Shown: positions 21,159 to 30,720 of the stretch, piece by piece | Layout of the letters: each line of letters begins with the position of its first letter | Position numbering within the stretch: position 1 is the stretch's first letter | NCBI GenBank assembly: GCA_020184695.1 | Contig: JAANOX010000112.1 | Span: 1 to 30,720 of the forward strand | Direction: 5' to 3' | DNA: 30,720 nt | DNA from: Histomonas meleagridis 2922-C6/04-290x | Lineage: Eukaryota; Protista; Parabasalia | The notes under the pieces: generated by a model | What the model was told of the DNA's origin: nothing | The model's input: the letters and a program-made list of their open reading frames with translations, nothing else | Databases searched by the model: none | Program-made: the position numbers and the translations under genes

Positions 21159-23465
21159 ATGAATAGTGTATGGGCTTTGCCACTTCTGGCATTAACACAT
21201 ATACAGATACCAAACTTACTTACAAGTACACTGAAAATTCCTATGTTAATACAACAATCATTGAAATCTCATACAGAATACCATCAAGTTTTAAAATCAA
21301 TCAAACATAATTTTATATTTTTTCGTAAGGCAAAAGATTACACATCATCCTGTTTCTTCATTTGTTTTTGGTTGCAATATAATATTTCTGCAATTTTCAA
21401 TATATACCCAAGATGTTTGGATCCGAAAAAAAATAATTATTCATTGGTAATCGGAGATAACAAATTATATTTTAATTTGATGACTTATTTCACTTATATG
21501 TCAATTCGATGCCCACAAATTTATTTTATTGTGAAATATTTCATTTTCTTACTTAAGTTTGTTCAAGGTTATTTAAATAGTTCGATTCTTATAATGTTTG
21601 TTGTTATCATTTATTTATTCAAGTTATATCAAAATCTTCATAAATATGACAAAGAAAAATTCAAACCGAATTTTTTTTTCATTTTATTGATTCTGCTTTT
21701 CAAGCAAACAACTGAAACATATAATGAAACAACTCGAACTCTTATTATAACTAATGTCAGTGAATATGAAGAGAGAAATACATATAAGAATGAAACAGAA
21801 TATATAATCATACAGAGTGTTGAAGAAATAGAATCAGAAGCTTTTAGTTCATGGAACAAATTAAAAATGATTGATATTGGCGATTCAGTTATGAAAATTG
21901 GAAGTTCTGCGTTTTCTCAATGTATTCTATTAGAAACAGTTATCATTGGAAAAAATGTCACAACAATTGAATGTAAAGCTTTTCAATATTGTTCGTCGTT
22001 AATAAATATTACAATTCCGAATGCAGTTACATCAATTGTATCAGATACTTTTGTTGGATGTTCAAAACTTCAATTTATTGAAGTATCAAAAGGGAACAAT
22101 TATTATACAAATGATAGCAATGGAATTCTTTATAGTGATAATCATAGAGCAATTCGATGTTATCCACAAGGAATTTCTAATAATATATTCACAATACCAA
22201 ATTCAATTACAACAATTGGGGATAATGCATTTCATTCATGTTCATCGTTGATAAATATTATAATACCAAATTCAGTTGTGTCAATTGGAAGCAATGCATT
22301 TCAATTATGTTCGTCGTTAATAAATATCACAATTCCAAATTCTGTTACAACAATTGGAAGTTATTCATTTTATCAATGTACACAATTAGAAACAGTTATC
22401 ATTGGAGAAAATATAAAATCAATTGGAGGTTCTGCATTTTTAGGTTGTAATAATTTAACATGTATTTATTTTACAGGTTTTAAATGCCCAAATGAGGTAA
22501 GTTATGATGCCTTTGATAGAGAAAAAAATCAATATGTTATGACATCGGACTTGTATCAAAATTCAACATTTGGTGAAATCAATGTATCTAAAGGTACATC
22601 AGTCGAAGGATGTGCTCAATTTCCCTGGCCAACACATACATTCTCGCAATCAAATACATTTACAGGATCAAATACATTTACTGAATCAAACACATTTTCA
22701 AAATCAAACACATTTACAAAATCAAACACATTTTCAAAATCAAACACATTTACAAAATCAAACACATTTTCAAAATCAAATACTCATTCAAATACATTTA
22801 CAAAATCAAACACATTTACAAAATCAAATACATTTACAAAATCAAACACATTTACAAAATCAAACACATTTACAAAATCAAATACTCATTCAAATACATT
22901 TACAAAATCAAATACATTTACAAAATCAAACACATTTACAAAATCAAATACTCATTCAAATACATTTACAAAACCAATGTTGTTTACTAGATCTAATTCG
23001 TTGACTCAATCAGATACAAATATTTTTAGTGAACTTAATATTTCTAATATAACATTTTCATTATGGATTTCTCAAACGTTAACATTTTGCTCGTTTTTAT
23101 CAAACACATTAATTAATTCACTTTCCACATATATTTATACTGAATTTATTTATTATGATTATACAATTTATCAATATTCCACATACTATTCTTTTTATTT
23201 CAACTTCTTTACGATTTCTCAAATTACATCTCAAGAAAATCCAAAGTTACCAATGAATGTTTTAATTGGTATAATCTGTGGTGGAGTTATTGTAATTCTT
23301 CTAGTCATTGGAATTGTTATTTTTGTTATTCGTAAAGGTAAAAATGAAACATCTAATGAAAACCTAACAGAAATATCAAATCCTCTATCATCAAGCAGTC
23401 ATCATGAACAAATCAGTAAAGATTTCCAAGATCTTATTTCAAATGAAAATGATAAATGGATTTAG
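21159..23465 (+). CDS. BspA-like (TpLRR) type I surface protein
   Basis: TpLRR repeats (IPNSITTIGDNAFHSCSSLINII), SNTFTK stalk, TM segment (VLIGIICGGVIVILLVIGIVIFVI) and cytoplasmic tail ending NENDKWI. True start uncertain. Confidence 0.9.
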   Translation: MNSVWALPLLALTHIQIPNLLTSTLKIPMLIQQSLKSHTEYHQVLKSIKHNFIFFRKAKDYTSSCFFICFWLQYNISAIFNIYPRCLDPKKNNYSLVIGDNKLYFNLMTYFTYMSIRCPQIYFIVKYFIFLLKFVQGYLNSSILIMFVVIIYLFKLYQNLHKYDKEKFKPNFFFILLILLFKQTTETYNETTRTLIITNVSEYEERNTYKNETEYIIIQSVEEIESEAFSSWNKLKMIDIGDSVMKIGSSAFSQCILLETVIIGKNVTTIECKAFQYCSSLINITIPNAVTSIVSDTFVGCSKLQFIEVSKGNNYYTNDSNGILYSDNHRAIRCYPQGISNNIFTIPNSITTIGDNAFHSCSSLINIIIPNSVVSIGSNAFQLCSSLINITIPNSVTTIGSYSFYQCTQLETVIIGENIKSIGGSAFLGCNNLTCIYFTGFKCPNEVSYDAFDREKNQYVMTSDLYQNSTFGEINVSKGTSVEGCAQFPWPTHTFSQSNTFTGSNTFTESNTFSKSNTFTKSNTFSKSNTFTKSNTFSKSNTHSNTFTKSNTFTKSNTFTKSNTFTKSNTFTKSNTHSNTFTKSNTFTKSNTFTKSNTHSNTFTKPMLFTRSNSLTQSDTNIFSELNISNITFSLWISQTLTFCSFLSNTLINSLSTYIYTEFIYYDYTIYQYSTYYSFYFNFFTISQITSQENPKLPMNVLIGIICGGVIVILLVIGIVIFVIRKGKNETSNENLTEISNPLSSSSHHEQISKDFQDLISNENDKWI
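22636..22975 (+). repeat. 18-nt coding tandem repeat (SNTF[T/S]K)n with SNTH variants
   Basis: Repeated tcaaacacatttacaaaa units. Confidence 0.95.
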
Positions 23466-23973
23466 TCGTGCATTGTTTGAATTCATTTTTTTATGAAATG
23501 AAATATTAAATAAAGAATTACGTAATAATTTTTTTTTTCATGTATTTTTCAATAACCACCAAAGTTATTTTGCTTACGCATTTAAAAAAATTGTTTAACA
23601 TTAGTATTAAATGGTGAAAATTTATTATAATAACATTTCATATATGGTAAATTACTAAAAAAAATGTTGTCATTGAATCATCAAAAAATTGATATAGAAT
23701 AATTTCCTGGATTTTCAATTACGTGGTAATACGTAACACAGATATCAAACTTCTTCAAAACAAATATATTTATAGCAATGGCACTCCATTGTCATCTAAT
23801 TGCTGCCAACGATAGAGTCGAATGAATGAAAAATCATCGGATTTATATTCAAAAACTTTATCCACTTTTATGATAAACCACTCAAAATATTCACTGAATT
23901 TTCTATCGTTTAACCCAAAAATTTATATAAATAATTATTTATCTATTATACTTTATCAAACATTTTATTATAT

Positions 23974-26220
23974 TTATAACGGCAATTGATTCAGTGTTTC
24001 GTCGTCGTCCTGAATCTGGAATTGTGACAAATTTGATGAAGATGTAGCCAACATTATTTCACCAGGCTTTGGCATCTGAGAAATCATTTTTAGCTCCGAT
24101 GTATAATTCTTTTTCGTCACCATATTAAACTTTGACGTAAACATTTGCATTATATTCTGTTTTAATATCATTGGCATATATTCAATTGATTCCTTCACTT
24201 TCACCAAAGCATCTGGGAAACAACTAATATCATTTTCCTTATATATCTTAAGGTACATTTGAAATGCTTCTGTTGGAGGTGACGGGAAAAATTTTTCCGG
24301 TTTTTGGTCGGGCCACTTTTTTGTAAACGTGTAATAAGCCGCCAAAATTCCATAGTTTACGATAAAAGCGTCATCGAATGCGTCTTGTGGCAATGACAAC
24401 TGCGCTATGTATGAAAGTAAAAGGAAAATTTCTTTCGAAGGATCGCCATTTGTAAAGAATATCCCTTTCATGTATGAATAATCGAAAACTATTGGATAAT
24501 CACATATTGGTCCATCATCAGGAATTTGTATATCGAAAACGACTCGAAACAAACGTAACGATTCATCATTAGTAAACACAAATAAATCATCTAATAACGA
24601 GTCGAAGAAGTCACAAAACTCTTCGATGTTTGGAATTGTATTTAATGTTTTGGTTGGTAATGAAAAAATTACAAATTGTGTTTCAATTTCACCAAATGGT
24701 ACATCTGTTGTAATGTCATTAATTAATTCGGGATCAGAGATGGAATACATTGGATGTTGTACCACATTTGTAAAAGTAACATCAAATTCAATTGATCGAT
24801 CTGCTAAGAAATCCTCAGCAACAATATATATAATACCACCAAAAGGTGACGAAAATTCAACCTTTTGATTAACGATATCATATGTTTGATAAATTACTCC
24901 CCATCGATTCCATGGCCCTTGTTGAGAAACTAAAGAAGTTGTGTGGCACCCAATTTGGACCGATAGGCCTATCGGTATAACCTCCTCGATGCTAACGGTC
25001 GCTACAACCCCCGGAGGAAGATATAAACCAGTCGAAAACCAACCGCCGCAACTGAATTCAGCGTGAATTTCAAAATCTTCGAGTTCAACTTCGCCAGATT
25101 TCCCTGGAAATGGGTAAGATCGATCGACGCCCTCATAATATCTTGCGGGGAGCTTAGGGAGCAATTCTGATATAAGCGCAAAGACTAAAGATTGAATAAT
25201 GTTTGGACATACAAATGGTGGTGTTGAATTAACACCTTTACCACAAGCATTAGTATTGTCAAGAAGAGCCCATGATGCATCTGACAGGGATTTTATCTCG
25301 TCGTTTTCTTCACATCGAAGTGTAGCGATATGATATCTTAAATGTGTTATAGTATTGTCAATGTCAAGAAGTTGTAAATGATCATAATCCTCTATGAGCT
25401 TAGTAAAATGTTGCGCAAGTTCAAAAAATGTAAATTTTATGTTTTTTGAATATTGTTTCAAATGAACAAATTTCGACGCAAGTGGAAAAATTAATACTTT
25501 GTAATGAGAAAAACCAACGCCAAGGTCCCACAAGAGATCATTCATTGGCGTATCTTGTGAATATTGAAACGAATCTAATGTTCGAGATGCGCCAATTATT
25601 ACACCGCCGCCTTCATCAAGAAAACTTCGAATCAACTGTGGCTTATTCCATTGGTCTGTACAAATGATTATGTGATGCCTCATAATGGTTTCCTCCGTTA
25701 CATCTTCGAGAACTTCAACTTGGAAATCAAATGATTGAAGATTGACAACAATTTGATTGGATAATTTTTTGGGTATTGCTAAGATTCCGATTTTATATAA
25801 ATTTCGATTGACACATGAAACACTTCTAATCATGTTTTCAAGGAAAAATGATGTTTCTGTATTCGAACTAACACATTGCGCTAAGATTTCAATGCTGCCA
25901 AGAACTACCGCTAAACCATTGGTGTATAATGAAAATGTCATGAATGGAAGATGAATATCTGTTTTTTCACCTTTTTGAAGACATACTTGACCAACTGAAA
26001 TCGGACCTGAATTTGGCTTCAAGCAAAGAACAGGAATAGTAAGGGAAGGCTTTGGAACTTTTGATATTCCTTGAGTAACTAATTTGACTTTTTGGGATAT
26101 TTGGGATGATAATGGAACTTCTTCATATTCTTCCTCTTCAACTACAACTTGATGCCTTGTACTATTTTGGTATGATCGTGGAGCTGGTGCTACTTGAATC
26201 GCAGAAGCACCACAACCCAT
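23974..26220 (-). CDS. M60-like/TCAF (FAM115)-like protein, predicted catalytically inactive, N-terminally acylated
   Basis: MGCGAS N-terminus. WFSTGLYLPPG...QIGCHT...WNRW and SPFGGIIY match the M60-like N-domain. There is no HExxH anywhere in the ORF. Confidence 0.8.
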   Translation of the reverse strand: MGCGASAIQVAPAPRSYQNSTRHQVVVEEEEYEEVPLSSQISQKVKLVTQGISKVPKPSLTIPVLCLKPNSGPISVGQVCLQKGEKTDIHLPFMTFSLYTNGLAVVLGSIEILAQCVSSNTETSFFLENMIRSVSCVNRNLYKIGILAIPKKLSNQIVVNLQSFDFQVEVLEDVTEETIMRHHIIICTDQWNKPQLIRSFLDEGGGVIIGASRTLDSFQYSQDTPMNDLLWDLGVGFSHYKVLIFPLASKFVHLKQYSKNIKFTFFELAQHFTKLIEDYDHLQLLDIDNTITHLRYHIATLRCEENDEIKSLSDASWALLDNTNACGKGVNSTPPFVCPNIIQSLVFALISELLPKLPARYYEGVDRSYPFPGKSGEVELEDFEIHAEFSCGGWFSTGLYLPPGVVATVSIEEVIPIGLSVQIGCHTTSLVSQQGPWNRWGVIYQTYDIVNQKVEFSSPFGGIIYIVAEDFLADRSIEFDVTFTNVVQHPMYSISDPELINDITTDVPFGEIETQFVIFSLPTKTLNTIPNIEEFCDFFDSLLDDLFVFTNDESLRLFRVVFDIQIPDDGPICDYPIVFDYSYMKGIFFTNGDPSKEIFLLLSYIAQLSLPQDAFDDAFIVNYGILAAYYTFTKKWPDQKPEKFFPSPPTEAFQMYLKIYKENDISCFPDALVKVKESIEYMPMILKQNIMQMFTSKFNMVTKKNYTSELKMISQMPKPGEIMLATSSSNLSQFQIQDDDETLNQLPL

Positions 26221-26534
26221 TCAAAAAATTTTTGGAGCGTCATAACGTTTTTTGTATATTTAAACTTTTGAAATGTTTACGCTGAAATAGTTAATTAGAC
26301 TTCACAATCCACTTTTCCATAGAATTATTTTGAAAGGTTTCTATGATACCTTACAGAAAAAAAAATAAAGAACACACAATTTTTTATATCGGTATGACGA
26401 TAGATAATCATATCAAAAGTTACCAGAAAAAAGTTCGAAATTTATTAAAACAACTCAAGTTAAATAACATTAATGATGTTGCTAAGAAAGGAATTTTTAA
26501 TTGCACGAGTTTAATGAAGAGAAAAAACAAAAAA

Positions 26535-27155
26535 TCAAACGATTTGTAAAGAACCTGAATCAAAATCTTCTGGAGAAATTATCAGTTCTCCATTACTATA
26601 TTTAACACTAAGCTGTGAGTGTGTCATACGTTTAATTGTAGCACTAAAAACTAACCCTGTATTAGTTTGAAGTGATAAACTGGATCCAGGATAATAAAAC
26701 CTTCCATGATACATTAAAACATCATCAGACCATATAACTTCTTCTTCAACGTTAAGTTCACTTTCATTTAGTGCTTCAATAATTTCTGGATAATCATTTT
26801 CAAAAGTGATGGGTTCATTTTTACTCGTTTTGTTTTGCGAATTTACGTCAATTTTCCGTAAGTTTTGGAGACCCATAAAAGCGGGAAGAAGTTCTTTTTT
26901 TGCAGACACATAATCCAAAATAATTTTTCTGTTTTCATTGATTAAGTTATGAAACTGCTGAAGGATGCGATTATTAATCTGTGCTTTTTTCTTTTGATAG
27001 TCTTCATCTGCTTGACGTTTGATTTCGGCTTTTTTCTGTGAAATTGCTTCATCTATAAGTCTGACTTGTTCTTGATACCATTCCGTTGCTTCTTGGCAGC
27101 GATTTTGAGATATACTTTCCATAATTTGAAGTTGGTCTGTTGGTGAGAGCTCCAT
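26535..27155 (-). CDS. Sds3-like (Sin3-HDAC subunit-like) protein
   Basis: N-terminal coiled coil plus C-terminal beta domain (DDVLMYHGRFYYPG...SATIKRM...VKYSNG..I...F.SG.L.I) resembling the Sds3 C-terminus. Confidence 0.5.
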   Translation of the reverse strand: MELSPTDQLQIMESISQNRCQEATEWYQEQVRLIDEAISQKKAEIKRQADEDYQKKKAQINNRILQQFHNLINENRKIILDYVSAKKELLPAFMGLQNLRKIDVNSQNKTSKNEPITFENDYPEIIEALNESELNVEEEVIWSDDVLMYHGRFYYPGSSLSLQTNTGLVFSATIKRMTHSQLSVKYSNGELIISPEDFDSGSLQIV

Positions 27156-28333
27156 CGAGAGGTCTGAATTTAAATACTTTACATATTCGGTGTGCCTCGT
27201 TGAAACGAATCAAAAAATCAAAATCAAAAATCATATTCTTGTTCAAAGTGATTTGATATAAATACATAATTAACAAATTAACTAATTTTTAAGATTTCAT
27301 TTCAAAATACACCTTTCATTTGAAAACAATTTATTATTGATCATGATATTTTTACCATATTTAAATTTTCCTTTGTATAGTTAAGGGAATCACATTAAAC
27401 TTAAGCCTCCCTTATTGAACTGTGTTGTTCCAAGGTAAATCAAAAAATTTAAATTATTAAAGCTTTTCACAAAATTGATGTTTATTCTCATACCATAAAA
27501 TCCTGTATTACAAGGAACAATATATTTTTATTTAAATTGTAATTTGTAAGAAAACTCTATAGAGCATCCTATTTGGATTTATTTCCAAGTAATATAATTT
27601 TTTTTGAAAAATTGCTCTTTTAAATAAAAACACAATTAAGTAACTAATGATTAAAAAATATTTGTCTTTTATAAAAAATATTGATTTTAATATTTGGGGA
27701 ACCACCTGCCTGTGGTGATACTCTATCTGCATTATATTCCTTTTAAAATGGTTTTAAGACTGTGCAAAATATTGTCACCACTGAATTGAGGCTACTTGAT
27801 TTCATGTCAAATATTCCAAAACCCATTTTTTTTGACTCATTTATCATGATATGCCAACCAAATTTTCAGTTTAAAATGAAGCAGGTTATATAAGGTGAGA
27901 ACTTCAATCTACTTGATAACCAAATTCTGTTTCCAAATTGAATTTTCTAATAATGAATAATGATTCTTCAAGATTTCCATGTAATTTTCTTTTTATTGAA
28001 TATTTCCATTTAATATTCCTTCTGCAAGCAGATAAAATCGCTCCTCGTGATATGTTTTATTGAATTTAGCCCGACATTTTATCAGTAAAAAATTCAATCG
28101 AAATTGCCTCAAAATTCTCTTTTTGTTTTAATTCAAAATCTTTGCACAAAAGCTCGAAACCTTTGAGAGAAATCAAAACAATAATATCCACTCATATATT
28201 TAATATAAACAAATAAATAAAATACCATATGATTAGGCTTGTATCTTTATTAAAATATACACAATATTAACTCATTTTAGCTAATGGATCTCAGTAAAAA
28301 CGCACTTTTCCCAAAAACCAAATTGAATAAGGG

Positions 28334-28894
28334 ATGGATGCGGAAATGGAGATAACCCTCAGGCACATGAATGGAAGTTGGGTTCCTGTCCATTCCAAAA
28401 AGTCGGACACTGTAAGGTCGCTTCTTGTTTCGGCTGGAATCCCCGTTCCTCAAAATTGTCAATTGATATGCGTATCCAGAGGTAACCAATTACATTTGGA
28501 TCTTTCTCTAGGCATTCAAGGAATAAAGGAAAACGACACAATATTCGTGTTATGCCAAAAAAACAACAACTTGATTCAAAGTGATAAAAATAAGATAGAT
28601 TTTGAATCATACAAAAAAACAGATAATTTAGAGAAACAACAGAAAGAACTCTTCGAAGAAGCACTACGTGTTTCCGATTTATCGTTCTTGTTGTTTGATT
28701 ATTACCAGCCATCTTCATATTTATGCGATGACTTCTTAAAGCGACAAGTTGAAGCTTGTTATATCCCGTCACCTTGTGATGAAGAAACAGTTATTGATGA
28801 AAAACCGCCAGATAAAGTTATTAGTGATCCTTTACCTGTTTGCTGGGAATCAGAAACTTCTGATAGCGAATTTTACTATGACGAAACAGAATAA
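28334..28894 (+). CDS. Ubiquitin-like-domain protein with acidic C-terminus
   Basis: Ubl-like N-terminus (SRGNQLHLDLSLGIQGIKENDTIFV), intact 186 aa. Confidence 0.75.
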   Translation: MDAEMEITLRHMNGSWVPVHSKKSDTVRSLLVSAGIPVPQNCQLICVSRGNQLHLDLSLGIQGIKENDTIFVLCQKNNNLIQSDKNKIDFESYKKTDNLEKQQKELFEEALRVSDLSFLLFDYYQPSSYLCDDFLKRQVEACYIPSPCDEETVIDEKPPDKVISDPLPVCWESETSDSEFYYDETE

Positions 28895-29298
28895 TAGAGT
28901 CTTCAATGAAGAATTGAACCATGTGAAAATAAATAAAATATGAAATATCTTTTGTAATAAGAAGCAAATTTAGTTGCATAATGTTAATAACATTTATATG
29001 TATCAGTTATAATTCAACATTCGGAATAAGATTTCTTTATTTGAAATCTTTTTTGACATTTTTTTAACAAATTCTTCGAGAATTTGATCACGAAGATCTT
29101 TATATCTGTGATTTTAATTTTTCGTTTCTTGTGGTTTATTCTTCTGTATTTCTTTAATGTTAGAACAAATTCTGCAAGAAAATTAAAAGACGTTAAAAAT
29201 TTTCACAAGTGAATTTCTATCGTACTTTTCAAAAAGTTTTACAACAAAAGACAAATTGACAATTACAACAGCAATCACTTTCAACTTTCATTAAATGT

Positions 29299-30345
29299 TT
29301 ATAACTCCGGTGCTGGTTGTTTGAACAAACGCTCAAGCAATTCGAACTTAGCTCCACCATCTAACACACGATCTAAGAACGATCCAATTGTACTCTTATC
29401 CGTCACTTTAATTGCAGCATCACGCTTGTGGTGCAAAATCCAAATGTTGTCATTTATGAAATCAAGTGGACAATTTTCACCACATTCATAGAACATGAAA
29501 GGATCATGACGATACTTCTTTGAAGCTGATTTGAACTCTTCTGAAGGTACATCAGATCCTTCGATAACGCAAAAGATTCTTTTGCCTTTACAATGTGAAT
29601 TGAATTCGTCAATATTTGTAAGATTATGTATGAGAACTGGGACAGGTGTTGGTTTTGGAGTAGGCTTTGGTGATGGCATAATCCCATTGAAGAAATCTTT
29701 GACTGTTTTCTTGATGAGATCATATTTATTTCGGCCTTCATATAAAATTTGTTTGTCTCCATTGATCATAAGGATTGCAGGAGTAGATGTTATGTTGAAT
29801 TTTTGGTGAATAGTTCTGTTGTTTGAAAATCCAATTCGAATACTTTGATTATTATCGCTGAATGCACAGCTAATCCCGGCCCAAAGAGGCGGAGCTTTAG
29901 GCTTATCTGTGAAGAGAATAACTTCTCGTGTGTCATTTTGTGGAATCCATTCTTCATCAACAGTTTCCGCAAGATTTGGAATTAAACGAGAAGCTGTGTT
30001 AAGCATTGAACGTGCTGACCTATCTCGCATATATGTCATTTGTCCTTTTGGATGGAAAATAATAAATGTTGGAATGGCTGTAATTCGAAATTGTGAACCT
30101 AAACTATACTGTTGATTTGTATTTACTTCACCAAACTTGATCATACCTGCTGCTTCTGTGGCGGCTGCATCAAATTCTGGATATGACATTTGACATGCTG
30201 GACAATGAGTTCCATGAAACATAACGAAGTATACAGTTTTGTTATCACGCTTTTCAACTTCCTTTGGAAAGTTATTTGCAGTAAGTTGGATAACGTTTTT
30301 CCCAAATTTATATGCAGAACAGCAGCAAAGTAAAGTAGAAAGCAT
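29299..30345 (-). CDS. Secretory-pathway thioredoxin-fold (PDI-like) protein
   Basis: Signal peptide, Trx domain VMFHGTHCPAC...IKFGEVN...FRITAIPTFIIF, followed by non-catalytic Trx-like domains. Confidence 0.85.
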   Translation of the reverse strand: MLSTLLCCCSAYKFGKNVIQLTANNFPKEVEKRDNKTVYFVMFHGTHCPACQMSYPEFDAAATEAAGMIKFGEVNTNQQYSLGSQFRITAIPTFIIFHPKGQMTYMRDRSARSMLNTASRLIPNLAETVDEEWIPQNDTREVILFTDKPKAPPLWAGISCAFSDNNQSIRIGFSNNRTIHQKFNITSTPAILMINGDKQILYEGRNKYDLIKKTVKDFFNGIMPSPKPTPKPTPVPVLIHNLTNIDEFNSHCKGKRIFCVIEGSDVPSEEFKSASKKYRHDPFMFYECGENCPLDFINDNIWILHHKRDAAIKVTDKSTIGSFLDRVLDGGAKFELLERLFKQPAPEL

Positions 30346-30720
30346 TGTGCCTTATTTGGCCAAATAACATTTAAAAGTTTATTAAAAATTGAATTGAATT
30401 TTCAATGATTGTAAATTTTTATGGGGAAATGAAGTTATGGATTCTTCCTTTTAATGAAGCAATATATTAGATAATAACCGAATGTAAATGGATTTATGTT
30501 AATATTGCCCAATGAAAAATCTAAAAAATTGAAAATATTTGGAGATTTAAGATTGATTTTTTAAATTGAATTCAATTTATGTTTTCACAACATTAATTAG
30601 CTTAATGATTAATTATGAAAATGGTTTAAGATTATTTAAGTTAAAAATACTACTAAAATTTTGTGATAAAATGAAAATGAATCCGGATTTCAACATTATA
30701 TATAATATAATAAAAAAATT

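Noticed and set aside
22570-23004. 144-aa QNQTHL-repeat ORF
   Set aside because: Alternative-frame shadow of the SNTFTK repeat within the BspA-like gene.
27530-28140. Possible decayed minus-strand coding remnant
   Set aside because: Only short protein-like stretches in changing frames, with no recognisable family.

Overview
AT-rich, essentially intron-free eukaryotic DNA. The gene content points to a parabasalid (Trichomonas/Tritrichomonas-like; this is an inference): BspA-type LRR surface proteins, DUF3447-type ankyrin proteins, an M60-like/TCAF protein, Ubl proteins, and TBC-, SMP-, CFAP418-, Sds3- and thioredoxin-like genes, plus several decayed genes. The main discovery is in two ankyrin-repeat loci (13192-15490 minus; ~18900-20807 plus) that look like broken pseudogenes in the ORF track. 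In both, the D-x-x-G-x-T hairpin loop of nearly every ankyrin repeat is interrupted by 2-4 inserts of exactly 17 nt (consensus ~RTTT...RTTT, no GT-AG). The inserts sit between codons and are often separated by single 3-nt codons. Removing the 26 inserts from the minus locus gives one uninterrupted 618-aa ORF with consensus loops (e.g. QD-NNG-K-TAL). The plus locus independently shows 26 such inserts with precise presence/absence. This suggests an undescribed class of fixed-length, non-canonical intervening sequences with 3-nt micro-exons; the removal mechanism is unknown.
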